The notes: generated from the letters alone by a model not told the origin. A stretch of DNA of 64,000 nucleotides from an uncultured Bacteroidales bacterium (GCA_964516425.1 CAZFAM010000003.1:11215-75214), one strand, 5' to 3'; positions 38,289 through 48,765 are shown, counted from the first letter of the stretch. A program made the numbers and translations.

Positions 38289-39584
38289 TTAAACGTTTTT
38301 AGGATAAATAATATACTGGCAAAATGATTTCTCATTAAAATATTTACTAAATTCTTTTAAATCATTAATTGTTATACAATTAATAATATCTACTCCATCA
38401 AAAATATTACTATTTTTATGTATATTTTCCACAAGTGATGTACATATAAACTCTTCGCTATCAAATGATCTAATAAAACTACCTAAAAATGCTTTTTTAA
38501 TATTATTAAATGCTGTTTCATCAATAGCTTCTTTTTTAAAACCTAATAAAATTTTTTTTATATAATTACAAAAATTCTTAGGATTGAATGAATTAGCGGA
38601 AAGTTTAATATATGAACTTTTATCATCAAAATTACATGAGTAACTAAAATCATTTACTAATTCATTATCTAACATATATTGATAATTAGATGAGCAAACT
38701 CCAAAACAATACTCAAGCAATATTTTAACTATTAATTCTGTTTTCAAAACCTCATTTTTTTGATATTCAAAAACAGGCAATTTTATTCCTAGACTAACTT
38801 TAGGAACTATAATATCCATTTTCGATTGACCAGCTCTTTTAAAAACTATTTCATTTTCAATATTGTATTTACATTTAAGTCCATTAAATTTTGGAAAACT
38901 CTTCTTATTTTGGTTTTCTTCTATTAAATTAAATGTTTCAATAACATCAACATCTCCAGAGATTACAAAATGCATATTTGCGGGATGATAAAAAGTATTA
39001 TAGCATATATATAATATTTCTTTATTAATTTCCATAATCGATTTTTTTGTACCAACAACATCTTCTCTTAACAAATTCACCTTATACATATTACGCATTA
39101 AATAATAATGTAATTGATCATTAGGACTATCTTTATACATATTTAATTCTTCAATAATAATTCCCTGTTCTTTTTCAACATTTTGATCAGTAAAATAAGG
39201 ACTTTGCACAAAATCGAGTAATGTACAAATTACTTGATTTACATTCGATGTGCATGAAACAATATAAGCAGTTTCATTAAAATCTGTATATGCATTCGAA
39301 TCAGCACCTAAAGAAGCAAATAAGTCTGATGCATCTATACCATCAGGCATTTCAAATAATTTATGTTCTAAAAAATGAGCAACCCCCAATGGAACAGTAA
39401 TGTATTCATCTTTATTAATAGGAATAAAATTAACATCATTTGCTCCAAAATTTGTTATAAAAGAGCAAAACACTTTATTTAATCCTGGCTTTTGATTAAT
39501 ATAAACTGTAAGACCATTATTTAAAACCTTTTTATAAAGTTTTTCATTTAAACTTTTATATTCCATTACTTCAATATTATTCAT
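38289..39584 (-). CDS. M16 family zinc peptidase (active subunit, YmfH-like)
   Basis: HFLEH (HxxEH) zinc motif. The start is ambiguous among GTG 39593 and ATG 39590/39587/39584. It overlaps the stop of the upstream M16 gene. Confidence 0.8.
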   Translation of the reverse strand: MNNIEVMEYKSLNEKLYKKVLNNGLTVYINQKPGLNKVFCSFITNFGANDVNFIPINKDEYITVPLGVAHFLEHKLFEMPDGIDASDLFASLGADSNAYTDFNETAYIVSCTSNVNQVICTLLDFVQSPYFTDQNVEKEQGIIIEELNMYKDSPNDQLHYYLMRNMYKVNLLREDVVGTKKSIMEINKEILYICYNTFYHPANMHFVISGDVDVIETFNLIEENQNKKSFPKFNGLKCKYNIENEIVFKRAGQSKMDIIVPKVSLGIKLPVFEYQKNEVLKTELIVKILLEYCFGVCSSNYQYMLDNELVNDFSYSCNFDDKSSYIKLSANSFNPKNFCNYIKKILLGFKKEAIDETAFNNIKKAFLGSFIRSFDSEEFICTSLVENIHKNSNIFDGVDIINCITINDLKEFSKYFNEKSFCQYIIYPKNV

Positions 39585-40860
39585 CATCATCACCTGGCTT
39601 TAATGCAAATATCGTATCTAAAAAAATGCCTTGACTGACAGCTTTAATTGTATCAATAGAAACATTATTTATTAGATGAACTATTTCTTTTAATGATTTC
39701 TTTTTAGAAATCATTGATTCAAGTTCATAATTTAAAACAGCATTAGGAGAATCTTCCATTTCACGAATATCGTTAATTAAAAATTTTTTAGCAACATTAA
39801 ACAAATCCAAATCTACATCACCATTACGATATTTTTCAAGTTCTTTACACACAATGTCACTAACTTTCTTTTCATTTCCTTTTTGAATACCACAGCTAAC
39901 AACTAATATTTTTTTACTTAAAACAATTTCCGATGAAATATCATATGTTAAACTATATTCCTCTCTAATAACTTTAAATAAAGTTGAGGAAAACATTCCC
40001 CCAAACATAGAATTAAAAATTAATAACGGAACATATAGTTCGTGATTCAAATCAATGTCAAACTTAAACCCCATCATTAATTTAGTTTGAGAAATATCTT
40101 GATATTCTTCATCATATTTTATGTCATTATTAAATGTAATATTTAATGGGCAAACAGAAAATCCCCCATATTTAATAGAATTAAAATTCAAAATACTAAA
40201 ATGTTTTTTCACTTCTTCTTCAGTAATATCACCTGCAACACCAATTTTAATAACAGATTCTCGTAGTAATTGTTCATAAAATTCATACAAAGTTTTAGGT
40301 GTTATAGTTTCTAAAATCGTTAAATCTCCGAGTTGCGAAGATGACAATATATTGTTAGGATACATTAATTCTAACATCTTTTTATAAGCATATTTACGTT
40401 TATTGTTGTAAATACTTTTAATATCATTTACTAAACTTCTTTTTTCTTCATTAAAAACTTTTTCCGCAAATTCCCCATTAATTACATTAGGATTGAAAAT
40501 TATCTCTTGTAATAAATTAATAGCATTTTCAAGCAAATGTTCATCATTAACTAACTTACCATTTAAAATTTGAAGTCGCAAACTACAATAAGCAGTTTCA
40601 AACGCATAATTAGTACTAAAATCAATTGAAGCATCATATAATTCATACATTTTATTATATAAATCTTTTTTTGTGGGATATGATAATGTTGAAGAACACA
40701 TAATTCTATTTAACAAAGTATAGTAAGTAAAATCCTCTTTTTTCATTGATTTTACAAACATTATATTAATATTAATTGATTTATATCTTTTAGTATTATA
40801 TAGAACATAATCAACATTGTTATAATTAAAAGTAATTTTATTATTCATATTAAGCACCAT
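39577..40860 (-). CDS. M16 family peptidase-like protein lacking HxxEH (inactive partner, YmfF-like)
   Basis: M16 fold length and pairing with the downstream active subunit. No HxxEH motif. An alternative start is at ATG 40848. Confidence 0.7.
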   Translation of the reverse strand: MVLNMNNKITFNYNNVDYVLYNTKRYKSININIMFVKSMKKEDFTYYTLLNRIMCSSTLSYPTKKDLYNKMYELYDASIDFSTNYAFETAYCSLRLQILNGKLVNDEHLLENAINLLQEIIFNPNVINGEFAEKVFNEEKRSLVNDIKSIYNNKRKYAYKKMLELMYPNNILSSSQLGDLTILETITPKTLYEFYEQLLRESVIKIGVAGDITEEEVKKHFSILNFNSIKYGGFSVCPLNITFNNDIKYDEEYQDISQTKLMMGFKFDIDLNHELYVPLLIFNSMFGGMFSSTLFKVIREEYSLTYDISSEIVLSKKILVVSCGIQKGNEKKVSDIVCKELEKYRNGDVDLDLFNVAKKFLINDIREMEDSPNAVLNYELESMISKKKSLKEIVHLINNVSIDTIKAVSQGIFLDTIFALKPGDDDE

Positions 40861-40901
40861 ATTATTAGTTTATTTCAAAGTTTCTTTTTTATACAGTAAG
40901 T

Positions 40902-40930
40902 ATTAAAAATAGCGAGATAACTCGCTATTT
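40902..40930 (-). terminator. terminator overlapping the deoD stop codon
   Basis: Stem AAAUAGCGAG-AUAA-CUCGCUAUUU plus a U-rich tail. Confidence 0.6.
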
Positions 40931-41641
40931 TATTGCTTCTAAAGCTATTTCCATCATTTTATTAAATGATTCTTGTCTTTCTTTTGCGGTAGTAACTTCA
41001 TTTGTCACAAATGAATCAGATACTGTTAATACACAAGCCGCATTTTTATTCAAAAATTTTGCATTAGCAAACAAAGCAAAAGATTCCATTTCTACACCTA
41101 AACAATTTTGTTTTTCTCCGGCACTTTCCATAGCATTACCGACACCACGATAAAACACATCTGAAGAATGAATTCTACCATTGATTACTGGATAATTTAA
41201 TTTTTTTGCTGCTTTATTCAAATCTTTAACTAATTGCTTTGTAGCTACCATTTTATTTCCTTTATATCCAAAAGCTGTTTTCGCAAAACTACTTTCACTA
41301 TAAGCATCTTTCACAATAATAACATCATAAACATTGGCATCTTTTGTATATGAACCACATGAACCAATTCTTATAATATTTTCAACGCCATAAAAAGCAA
41401 ATAATTCATAAGAATAAATACCAATACTAGGCATACCCATACCTGAGCCCATAACAGTCACTTTTTTACCTTTATAATATCCAGTATATCCAAGCATATT
41501 ACGTACACCATTAACTTGAACAACATCTGTTAAATAATGTTCCGCAATATATTTAGCTCTTAAAGGATCTCCAGGCATTAAAACAGTTTTCGCAAATACA
41601 TCTTGATTTGTCGCCTCAATATGAGGTGTTGGAATTCCCAT
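40925..41641 (-). CDS. deoD: purine nucleoside phosphorylase, DeoD type
   Basis: TPHIEA...LMPGDPLRAKYIAE, GMGMPSIGIYSYEL and VEMES motifs. Confidence 0.92.
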   Translation of the reverse strand: MGIPTPHIEATNQDVFAKTVLMPGDPLRAKYIAEHYLTDVVQVNGVRNMLGYTGYYKGKKVTVMGSGMGMPSIGIYSYELFAFYGVENIIRIGSCGSYTKDANVYDVIIVKDAYSESSFAKTAFGYKGNKMVATKQLVKDLNKAAKKLNYPVINGRIHSSDVFYRGVGNAMESAGEKQNCLGVEMESFALFANAKFLNKNAACVLTVSDSFVTNEVTTAKERQESFNKMMEIALEAIK

Positions 41642-41651
41642 ATATTTCCTC

Positions 41652-42302
41652 CTATTTTAAATCTTTCATAATGGCAACTCCACTTGAAGCACCAATTCTA
41701 CTAGCACCAGCTTCTACCATTACTTCTAAATCTTGTAAATTTCTTACTCCTCCACTTGCTTTAACAAACATATCTTTATTAATTGATTTTTTCATTAAAG
41801 AAACATCATGTGGCGTTGCCCCACCAGTTCCAAAACCAGTAGATGTTTTTACAAATGTAGCTTTAGCATTACTAGCACATTTACAAACAGCAACTTTTTC
41901 TTCATCTGTTAAATAACAAGTTTCAATAATAACTTTAACAGTTAATCCTTGCGAAGCTTCAACAACACTTCTAATTTCTTTTTCAATATAATCATAATCA
42001 TGTTCTTTAGCTTTCCCAACATTAATAACCATATCAATTTCTTCTGCACCTTTTAAAATAGCATCCTTAGTTTCAAACACTTTAGTTTCAATTGTATTAG
42101 CTCCTAATGGAAAGCCAATTACAGTACATACTAAAACATCACTATTTTCAAGACATTGTTTTGCTAAAGAAATATTAGCCGGATTAACACATACACTTTT
42201 AAAAGAATATTCTTTTGCTTCTTCACATAACTTAATTATTTCATCTTTAGTAGCAAAAGCCTTTAATAACGTATGATCTATTAATTTGTTTATATTTTTC
42301 AT
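41652..42302 (-). CDS. deoC: deoxyribose-phosphate aldolase
   Basis: [19 protein letters not shown] and FVKTSTGF (Schiff-base Lys) motifs. Confidence 0.92.
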   Translation of the reverse strand: MKNINKLIDHTLLKAFATKDEIIKLCEEAKEYSFKSVCVNPANISLAKQCLENSDVLVCTVIGFPLGANTIETKVFETKDAILKGAEEIDMVINVGKAKEHDYDYIEKEIRSVVEASQGLTVKVIIETCYLTDEEKVAVCKCASNAKATFVKTSTGFGTGGATPHDVSLMKKSINKDMFVKASGGVRNLQDLEVMVEAGASRIGASSGVAIMKDLK

Positions 42303-42303
42303 A

Positions 42304-43161
42304 TTACGCCTCTATCACATCGCAAAGTCTTAAAGTTTTATACTCTTTTTCAATAACAATTTTTTTAATTCTCTTTAATTCTTTACGACAATTTTTAGCT
42401 TGTTTTGGTTTTAAAATATACATATCAGGTAAGAAATTAGTAATTTCAGTTAAATACTTACTTAATATATTTAATAACTCATCTTTTCTAACAAGCATTT
42501 TTTGATTTTCATCATCAATAATACTAACATATGTAACATATGGAGCAAAAATAATTGGTGAACCAAATTTCCAATCATAACAAATACCCGATTCATCTGT
42601 ATTTTTATCTACTATTGGATAACATAAATTTACAGCAACTTCACTATGATAATAATCAATTAAATTATCGACTGATCTTTGGAACTTACAAATAACATTT
42701 AATTTATCATTATCAAAAGTAATTTTACCTTGCATTCCATTTTCTTGAATATATAAACTTCTTTGTTTTTCAAAGAAATCCAAAAATTCAACAACATTAA
42801 ATGCTTTAACATCATCAAATGAATCATGATATATACCAAGTTCAAATAATCGGCATAGTTTTTGAATATTTGCTAATATTTCTTTAGTAATAAATGATGG
42901 AATCATAATAGGCATTTCAAGTAAAAAGTTAATATTGGAAAACTTAGGATCCAACTTAGAAATATTTCTAACATGAGATTTTTTAGTAATTAAATAACGA
43001 TATGAAAAATTAAATTCTTCATCTTTATGAACAATTTCAACTACATCATCATTATAGTAAGTTTCAAAATCATTTAAATTGTCAAAAAATTCTAATATTT
43101 TTGCATAATCTATTTTTTCTAAACTACTTTTTCTAAAGAAATGAATATTAATTGTTGCCAT
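42304..43161 (-). CDS. hypothetical protein (285 aa), no family recognised
   Basis: ATG start with a GGGAGGAG RBS. Overlaps the ileS stop by 14 nt and ends 1 nt before the deoC start codon. Confidence 0.6.
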   Translation of the reverse strand: MATINIHFFRKSSLEKIDYAKILEFFDNLNDFETYYNDDVVEIVHKDEEFNFSYRYLITKKSHVRNISKLDPKFSNINFLLEMPIMIPSFITKEILANIQKLCRLFELGIYHDSFDDVKAFNVVEFLDFFEKQRSLYIQENGMQGKITFDNDKLNVICKFQRSVDNLIDYYHSEVAVNLCYPIVDKNTDESGICYDWKFGSPIIFAPYVTYVSIIDDENQKMLVRKDELLNILSKYLTEITNFLPDMYILKPKQAKNCRKELKRIKKIVIEKEYKTLRLCDVIEA

Positions 43162-45916
43162 TTTTCTCCTCCCATTTTTTTACTACTTCTGCACATCTAT
43201 CACATATACCATCTTCATTTACTTCATCAACAACTTGCCAGCAACGTTTACAAATAATACCTTGTTTTGCAGTCACTTGAATTATTCCTGAATCAAATAC
43301 TAAACCTTCAATATCTTCATCTGTAATCACAAGTTCAGATACGATAAACATTGTTTTCAAGTCAGCCTTGATAGTATTTAATAATTCTTTTGTTGAAGCA
43401 CTAGGTTTAATAACTAATTTAGCACTTAAAGATTTACCAATAATTTTTTCATTTCTTGCTTCTTCAATTGCTTTTAAAACATCATTTCTAAAGTTCATTA
43501 ATTTTTGATATTTTTCTAACAATTCATCACTATTATCATATTTAACAACAGGAAGCATATTTAATAAATAAACACTTTCTTCTTTTTCCACATTCATCAT
43601 ATGACTATAAATTTCTTCACAAGTATAAGGAATAAGTGGTGTTAATACTCTAACAAGAGCATTTAAATTATCAAAGAATACAGTTTGAATACTTCTTCTT
43701 GAAATATCATCTTGTGACTCAATATATAAAATATCTTTAGTAAAATCAATATAAAAAGCACTTAAATTATTTGTTAAATAATTTAATGTTAAACGATACA
43801 CTTCATCAAACTCATAATTATCATAAGCATGATATACGCTTTGTAAATACTCACTCAAACAGCATTCCATATATTGATCAACTTCACTTAAATTTTCATA
43901 ACTTATACGATTTTCTTTATCATTATAATCAGATAAATTACCTAATAAGAATCTAAACGTATTACGTATTTTACGATAAGCTTCTGAATTTTGAGTTAGA
44001 ATTTGATCACTGATTCTAACGTCAGCTGTATATTCACAACTAGCAACCCATAATCTTAATATATCAGCACCATATTTTTTACATACTTCTTGAGGATCAA
44101 TAGTATTTCCAAGTGATTTACTCATTTTATTACCTTGTCCATCAAGTACAAAGCCATGAGAAATTACTGTTTTATATGGAGCTTTTTTTGTCATTGCAAC
44201 ACCTGTTGACAAACTTGAATTAAACCAACCACGATATTGATCGGCACCTTCTAAATACAAATCCGCTGGGTAATCTAAACCTCTTGCTACTAAAACACCA
44301 TGATGACTTGAACCACTATCAAACCAAACATCCATAATATCTTTTTCTTTAACAAAAATTCCATTAGGACTATGTGGATTAGTATAACCTTCAGGTAATA
44401 ACTCTTTGGCTTCTTTTCTAAACCATATTTGTGAACCATGTCCTCTAAATAAATCAGCAATATGCAACATTACATCTTGATCAAGAATAGCCTCACCATC
44501 TTCTGCATAAAATACAGGAATTGGAACTCCCCATGCTCTTTGACGGCTTATACACCATTCACCACGGTCTTTGACCATATTACCTAATCTAACTTCACCC
44601 CAACTTGGAATCCATTTAACATCCTTTATTGCTTGCATCATATCTTCTTTTAAGCCTTCGATTGAAGCAAACCATTGTGGAGTAGTACGGAAAATAATTG
44701 GTTTTTTTGTACGCCAATCATGTGGATAACTATGCACAATTTCTTGTTTATGTAATAAAATATTTGTTTCTTCTAATTTTTTAATTATCGCTTCATTAGC
44801 ATCTTCATAAAACATACCCGCAAATTCACCAGCATCACTTGTCATAAATCCTCTACCATCAACTGGACAGAAATTATCTAAATGATAAACTTTGCCAACA
44901 TTAAAGTCATCTTCACCATGACCAGGAGCAGTATGAACTAATCCAGTACCAGCATCTAAAGTAACGTGTTGTCCTAAAATTACAGGACATAATTTATTAT
45001 CTCCAAATAAAGGATGAGAATACATAATATATTCTAACTTTCTACCTTTAATAACTTTTAATTCATTATAAGGAACATCACCCATTAGTTTAACAAAGTT
45101 ACCAACTAATTCTTTAGCAATTAATAATCTTCTTCCATTTAATTCAATTAACGAATATTCAAAATCAGGATTAGCACTGACAGCTAAGTTTGCGGGAATA
45201 GTCCAAGGTGTAGTTGTCCAAATTACTATTTCATCACCAGCATCTAACACACCTTTACCATCAACAACTTTAAATGCTAAATAAATAGTTGTTGCTTTAA
45301 CATCTTTATATTCGATTTCAGCTTCTGCCAAAGCTGATTCGCTTGATGGAGACCAATATACAGGTTTTAAACCTTTAAATATCAATCCTTTACTAGCCAT
45401 TTTCGCAAATACTTTAATTTGTTCAGCTTCAAATTCTTTATCAAGAGTTAAATAAGGATTTTCCCAATCTGCTAATACACCCAATCTTTTAAATTGCCCT
45501 TTTTGAATACCGACTTGTTTTAAAGCATATTTATAACATAAATCTCTAAAATCAGCAACTTCCATAGCTTTTCTATTAACTTTTTCTTTTGTAGTAAGAG
45601 CAGTTTCAATAGGAAGACCATGAGTATCCCAACCAGGAATATATGGGCAATAAAAACCTTGCATTGACTTATATCTTAAAATAAAATCTTTTAATATTTT
45701 ATTCATAGCATGACCAACATGAATGCTATTATTAGCATATGGCGGACCATCATGTAAAATAAAAGATTTATTATCCTTATTTTTGGCTACTCTTTTTTCG
45801 TATAAATGTTCTTCTTCCCACTTATTTAAAATGTCTGGTTCTTTATTTGGTAAATTAGCTTTCATTCCAAAAGCTGTGTTCATCATCAATAAAGTACTTT
45901 TATAATCTTTTTCCAT
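43148..45916 (-). CDS. ileS: isoleucine--tRNA ligase
   Basis: HVGH (HIGH) and KMSKS motifs. C-terminal zinc finger CKRC...CDRC. 922 aa. Confidence 0.97.
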   Translation of the reverse strand: MEKDYKSTLLMMNTAFGMKANLPNKEPDILNKWEEEHLYEKRVAKNKDNKSFILHDGPPYANNSIHVGHAMNKILKDFILRYKSMQGFYCPYIPGWDTHGLPIETALTTKEKVNRKAMEVADFRDLCYKYALKQVGIQKGQFKRLGVLADWENPYLTLDKEFEAEQIKVFAKMASKGLIFKGLKPVYWSPSSESALAEAEIEYKDVKATTIYLAFKVVDGKGVLDAGDEIVIWTTTPWTIPANLAVSANPDFEYSLIELNGRRLLIAKELVGNFVKLMGDVPYNELKVIKGRKLEYIMYSHPLFGDNKLCPVILGQHVTLDAGTGLVHTAPGHGEDDFNVGKVYHLDNFCPVDGRGFMTSDAGEFAGMFYEDANEAIIKKLEETNILLHKQEIVHSYPHDWRTKKPIIFRTTPQWFASIEGLKEDMMQAIKDVKWIPSWGEVRLGNMVKDRGEWCISRQRAWGVPIPVFYAEDGEAILDQDVMLHIADLFRGHGSQIWFRKEAKELLPEGYTNPHSPNGIFVKEKDIMDVWFDSGSSHHGVLVARGLDYPADLYLEGADQYRGWFNSSLSTGVAMTKKAPYKTVISHGFVLDGQGNKMSKSLGNTIDPQEVCKKYGADILRLWVASCEYTADVRISDQILTQNSEAYRKIRNTFRFLLGNLSDYNDKENRISYENLSEVDQYMECCLSEYLQSVYHAYDNYEFDEVYRLTLNYLTNNLSAFYIDFTKDILYIESQDDISRRSIQTVFFDNLNALVRVLTPLIPYTCEEIYSHMMNVEKEESVYLLNMLPVVKYDNSDELLEKYQKLMNFRNDVLKAIEEARNEKIIGKSLSAKLVIKPSASTKELLNTIKADLKTMFIVSELVITDEDIEGLVFDSGIIQVTAKQGIICKRCWQVVDEVNEDGICDRCAEVVKKWEEKNGNN

Positions 45917-45928
45917 TAAAAATCACTC

Positions 45929-46621
45929 CTACCTTGTTTTTAATATTTTTATTACAAATTTATCTTTTTTTGTTTTTCTTATTTCTTCTTTAACAATCAA
46001 TCTACCATAACGATGGATTGATATCAAATCATCATATTTAACAATATAATCAGGGTTTATATTTATAACACCATTAATTTTTACATTTTTCAATTGAATG
46101 TATTGCTTTGCCTTCTCACGTGATAAATTTGTATGTTCACTAATTATTGTGTCTAAACGATAACTAGAAACTAGCATTTCATCTTCTATATAATTATCAC
46201 ATTTTATATCTTTAATTTCATCAAAAGAGGACAATGCTACATTTACATTCACATTACCAATTTGTATTAAATTCTGAATAATATACATACTCATTTCTTT
46301 AACCACAAATATGAAAATATTTTCATCAATTAAAATATCTCCAATACACTCTCTTTTAATTCCTAACCCCAAAACAGAACCTAAAACATCACGATGTCCG
46401 ATTAACCCGAACTTGTGATTATATGTAATTTTTAAAACAGCAATTTGGAAATCCTGTTGTTTAATTTCAGAATATGAAACTAATGCTCTTTTTCTTTCAC
46501 AATTAGTAGGAAAAAAAACTAATGAGCATCTTTCTTTTTGTAAAACACTTTGTTCTTCCAAAGTCAAAAATTTACTAAGAATAGTTTTATTAGAAATATT
46601 TTTTATTATGTTTTCAATCAT
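45929..46621 (-). CDS. ylmH: YlmH-like RNA-binding protein (S4 domain), cell-division associated
   Basis: C-terminal S4-like domain (RLDTIISEHTNLSREKAKQYIQLKNVKINGV). Position after ylmG. ATG 46621 gives an ATGA overlap with the yggT stop, whereas the track start at 46648 is TTG. Confidence 0.7.
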   Translation of the reverse strand: MIENIIKNISNKTILSKFLTLEEQSVLQKERCSLVFFPTNCERKRALVSYSEIKQQDFQIAVLKITYNHKFGLIGHRDVLGSVLGLGIKRECIGDILIDENIFIFVVKEMSMYIIQNLIQIGNVNVNVALSSFDEIKDIKCDNYIEDEMLVSSYRLDTIISEHTNLSREKAKQYIQLKNVKINGVININPDYIVKYDDLISIHRYGRLIVKEEIRKTKKDKFVIKILKTR

Positions 46622-46869
46622 TTTATTAAATAATTTAATAGTGTCCAAAAACCACTATATATTCCAAATCCAATGACTGGAGTAAAATCAATAGGTCCAA
46701 TAACTATTAAATTACTAAATGGTTCTAAAAATAAATCACCAATAAAACCTATCAACCTAAAAAATTTATATTTATATAAAAACGGCAACCAAGATAATAT
46801 AACATTTGCTATTAAAAAGAAATAATAGAAATCTAAAATGTATAAAAATAATTGAATGCAGTAATACAT
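46618..46869 (-). CDS. yggT: YggT/YlmG family membrane protein
   Basis: 83 aa with two TM helices. ILSWLP ... LEPF ... GPIDFTPV pattern. Confidence 0.8.
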   Translation of the reverse strand: MYYCIQLFLYILDFYYFFLIANVILSWLPFLYKYKFFRLIGFIGDLFLEPFSNLIVIGPIDFTPVIGFGIYSGFWTLLNYLIK

Positions 46870-46872
46870 CTT

Positions 46873-47208
46873 TTATTTTATATCCTCCACATATTGTCTT
46901 AATGATCCATCTTCATATTCTTCTTTTCTAGCAAACAAAAATAATTTTTGACCTAATTGCATTGTTTCACCTTCACAAGCATACACAACACCTGATATAA
47001 AAGCTAACATATAATTACAGTCACTAATACTCAACTTATCAAAATTTGCTAATACAGGTTTACCACTTAAAATATTGTCACATATTTTTAAAAGACCATC
47101 ATTTTCTTTATTTTCCACAATGAAATATTCCATTTTATCAAATGAAGTTAATAATGTTTTCTTTCTTTCGTATTCTGTTTTTTCTACTTTTGGTTTTCTT
47201 CTAAACAT
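46873..47208 (-). CDS. sepF: cell division protein SepF
   Basis: Start at MFRRKPK (GGAGG RBS 6 nt upstream). The C-terminal domain (PVLANFDKLS...ISGVVYACEG) is SepF-like. Confidence 0.8.
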   Translation of the reverse strand: MFRRKPKVEKTEYERKKTLLTSFDKMEYFIVENKENDGLLKICDNILSGKPVLANFDKLSISDCNYMLAFISGVVYACEGETMQLGQKLFLFARKEEYEDGSLRQYVEDIK

Positions 47209-47219
47209 AGGTTGCCTCC

Positions 47220-47885
47220 TTAAGATAAAAATATTCTTCCTAATCTTATATATGTAGCACCACATTGTAATGCAACTTTATAATCATTACTCATTCCCAT
47301 TGATAATTCATGACAAGGAGCATAATCTAAATTCATTGCTTCAATTTCTTCTTTAGCAGCACGCATTTTATTAAATTGTCTTTCTAATAACTCAGTATCG
47401 TATGTTAACTTAGCAATGCACATTAAACCAATAATACGAATGTTTTTACATTTTGCTAAACTTTTAATGAATGATTTTAATTTAACAAGTGGAATACCTT
47501 GCTTATTTGGTTCTTCTGAAATATTTATTTGCACAAAACAATCTAATGGTTGTTCCAATTTTTTATCTAATTCAATAGCAATAGATAGTTTTTCTAAAGA
47601 GTGTAAACAACTAATTTTATTAGCAACATCTTTAATTTTTCTAGACTGTAAAACTCCAAAAAAATGCCATTCAATGTTCAAATCTTTTAAAGCTTCATAT
47701 TTTTCTAAAAAGACATCCGTTCTATTTTCACCAAAACAATGAACCCCCGCATTATATAACTCTTTTGTTTGTTCAATAGTCATATATTTAGTTGCAGCGA
47801 CAAGTTTTGTATTTGGATAAGCTTTTAAAACTTCATTTACTTCTTCAACTCTATTTTTAAAATTCATAATTATTGCCTCTTTCAA
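47220..47885 (-). CDS. yggS: YggS/YlmE family pyridoxal-phosphate homeostasis protein
   Basis: LVAATKY (PLP Lys), FGENR, WHFFGVLQSRK and SMGMSNDY motifs. Confidence 0.9.
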   Translation of the reverse strand: MKEAIIMNFKNRVEEVNEVLKAYPNTKLVAATKYMTIEQTKELYNAGVHCFGENRTDVFLEKYEALKDLNIEWHFFGVLQSRKIKDVANKISCLHSLEKLSIAIELDKKLEQPLDCFVQINISEEPNKQGIPLVKLKSFIKSLAKCKNIRIIGLMCIAKLTYDTELLERQFNKMRAAKEEIEAMNLDYAPCHELSMGMSNDYKVALQCGATYIRLGRIFLS

Positions 47886-47905
47886 AAGATAATTTATTAT
47901 TATTT

Positions 47906-47934
47906 ATTATAACAAATTTTTCAAAAAAATGCAA
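47906..47934 (-). promoter_or_regulatory. sigma-A promoter for the ylmE-sepF-ylmG-ylmH-ileS unit
   Basis: On the minus strand, TTGCAT (47934-47929), 17 nt, TGtTATAAT with an extended -10 (TATAAT at 47911-47906). Confidence 0.45.
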
Positions 47935-47970
47935 TATCCATTTATGATTTGTTTTATTGAAGAATTTTTG

Positions 47971-48010
47971 ACAGATTCTTATAATTATAAACAGATTCTT
48001 ATAATTATAA
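47971..48010. repeat. perfect tandem duplication, 2 x 20 bp (ACAGATTCTTATAATTATAA)
   Basis: Read directly: 47971-47990 is identical to 47991-48010. Confidence 0.95.
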
Positions 48011-48069
48011 ATAAAAAGAGTTCATTTATTCGAACCCTTTTTTAGAAATTTTAAAAACACAAATTCACA

Positions 48070-48765
48070 TTAAACATTTGCTTCATCATGTTTATCATCA
48101 ATATTTATAGTCTCAGGATTAATATTATCAATATTAACTGATTCTTCTACTTTGTTATCAATATTACATTCTAATTCTTTTGTTTTTTTAACTTTCTTTG
48201 TTTCACGTATTATAGCATATTGACCGCGATAATTTTTATATCCTTTATAGCCCGAATAACCAACAAACAAAAAGCATAAAACACCTAAAGCAAAAACAAA
48301 CCACCTAATTTCTTCAATATTAATTTCTTTCATTATCATTATAACACCAAGTGTTAAACAAACAATATTAACAATAAAATAAACTGGAGGATATTCTTCA
48401 CTACGAATATTAGTGCTAAAGAAATGTACAAAGCCTCTTAAATATAATACTCCGCCAATAAAATAATGTCCATTTTCTTCAATAAATATTGTAAATGAAT
48501 TGCTCTCCATAAAAGCATACACAATTAATAAAGCACCAACAATTATTTCAACAGCTAAATCGATAGGATATAAGGCTTTAAGTATTTTGTCATCAGTCGT
48601 TTTAACAAGAGGAGAAATTCTCAATAACCCTAATACAACAAACAAAATACCTACAACTAATGGGACAATCATTTTATTAAAGGCAATAACGATAGATAAA
48701 GCTAATATTAAGCCAGCCCCAATCATTTCCCATAACCAAATGTATTTTTTTAACATTTGTTTCAT
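48070..48765 (-). CDS. membrane protein (about six TM helices, acidic C-terminal tail), unknown family
   Basis: TAATG overlap with the argS stop. The hydrophobic repeats are reminiscent of DUF308/HdeD, but this is not secure. Confidence 0.6.
   Translation of the reverse strand: MKQMLKKYIWLWEMIGAGLILALSIVIAFNKMIVPLVVGILFVVLGLLRISPLVKTTDDKILKALYPIDLAVEIIVGALLIVYAFMESNSFTIFIEENGHYFIGGVLYLRGFVHFFSTNIRSEEYPPVYFIVNIVCLTLGVIMIMKEINIEEIRWFVFALGVLCFLFVGYSGYKGYKNYRGQYAIIRETKKVKKTKELECNIDNKVEESVNIDNINPETINIDDKHDEANV

Noticed and set aside
45917-45928. Looked for T-box leaders upstream of the three aminoacyl-tRNA synthetase genes: ileS (45917-45928), argS (50400-50723) and gltX (63225-63333).
   Set aside because: The ileS and gltX upstream gaps are 12 nt and about 110 nt, too short for a T-box. 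In no case did I find the conserved GGGUGGNACCGCG-type T-box sequence or an antiterminator bulge. The argS-upstream element has an AGA followed by A after a long hairpin, but nothing else fits, and argS has its own promoter after the terminator.
47971-48010. Tandem 20-bp repeat as a mini CRISPR or other repeat array.
   Set aside because: There are only two directly adjacent identical copies with no spacers, and there are no cas genes in the window.
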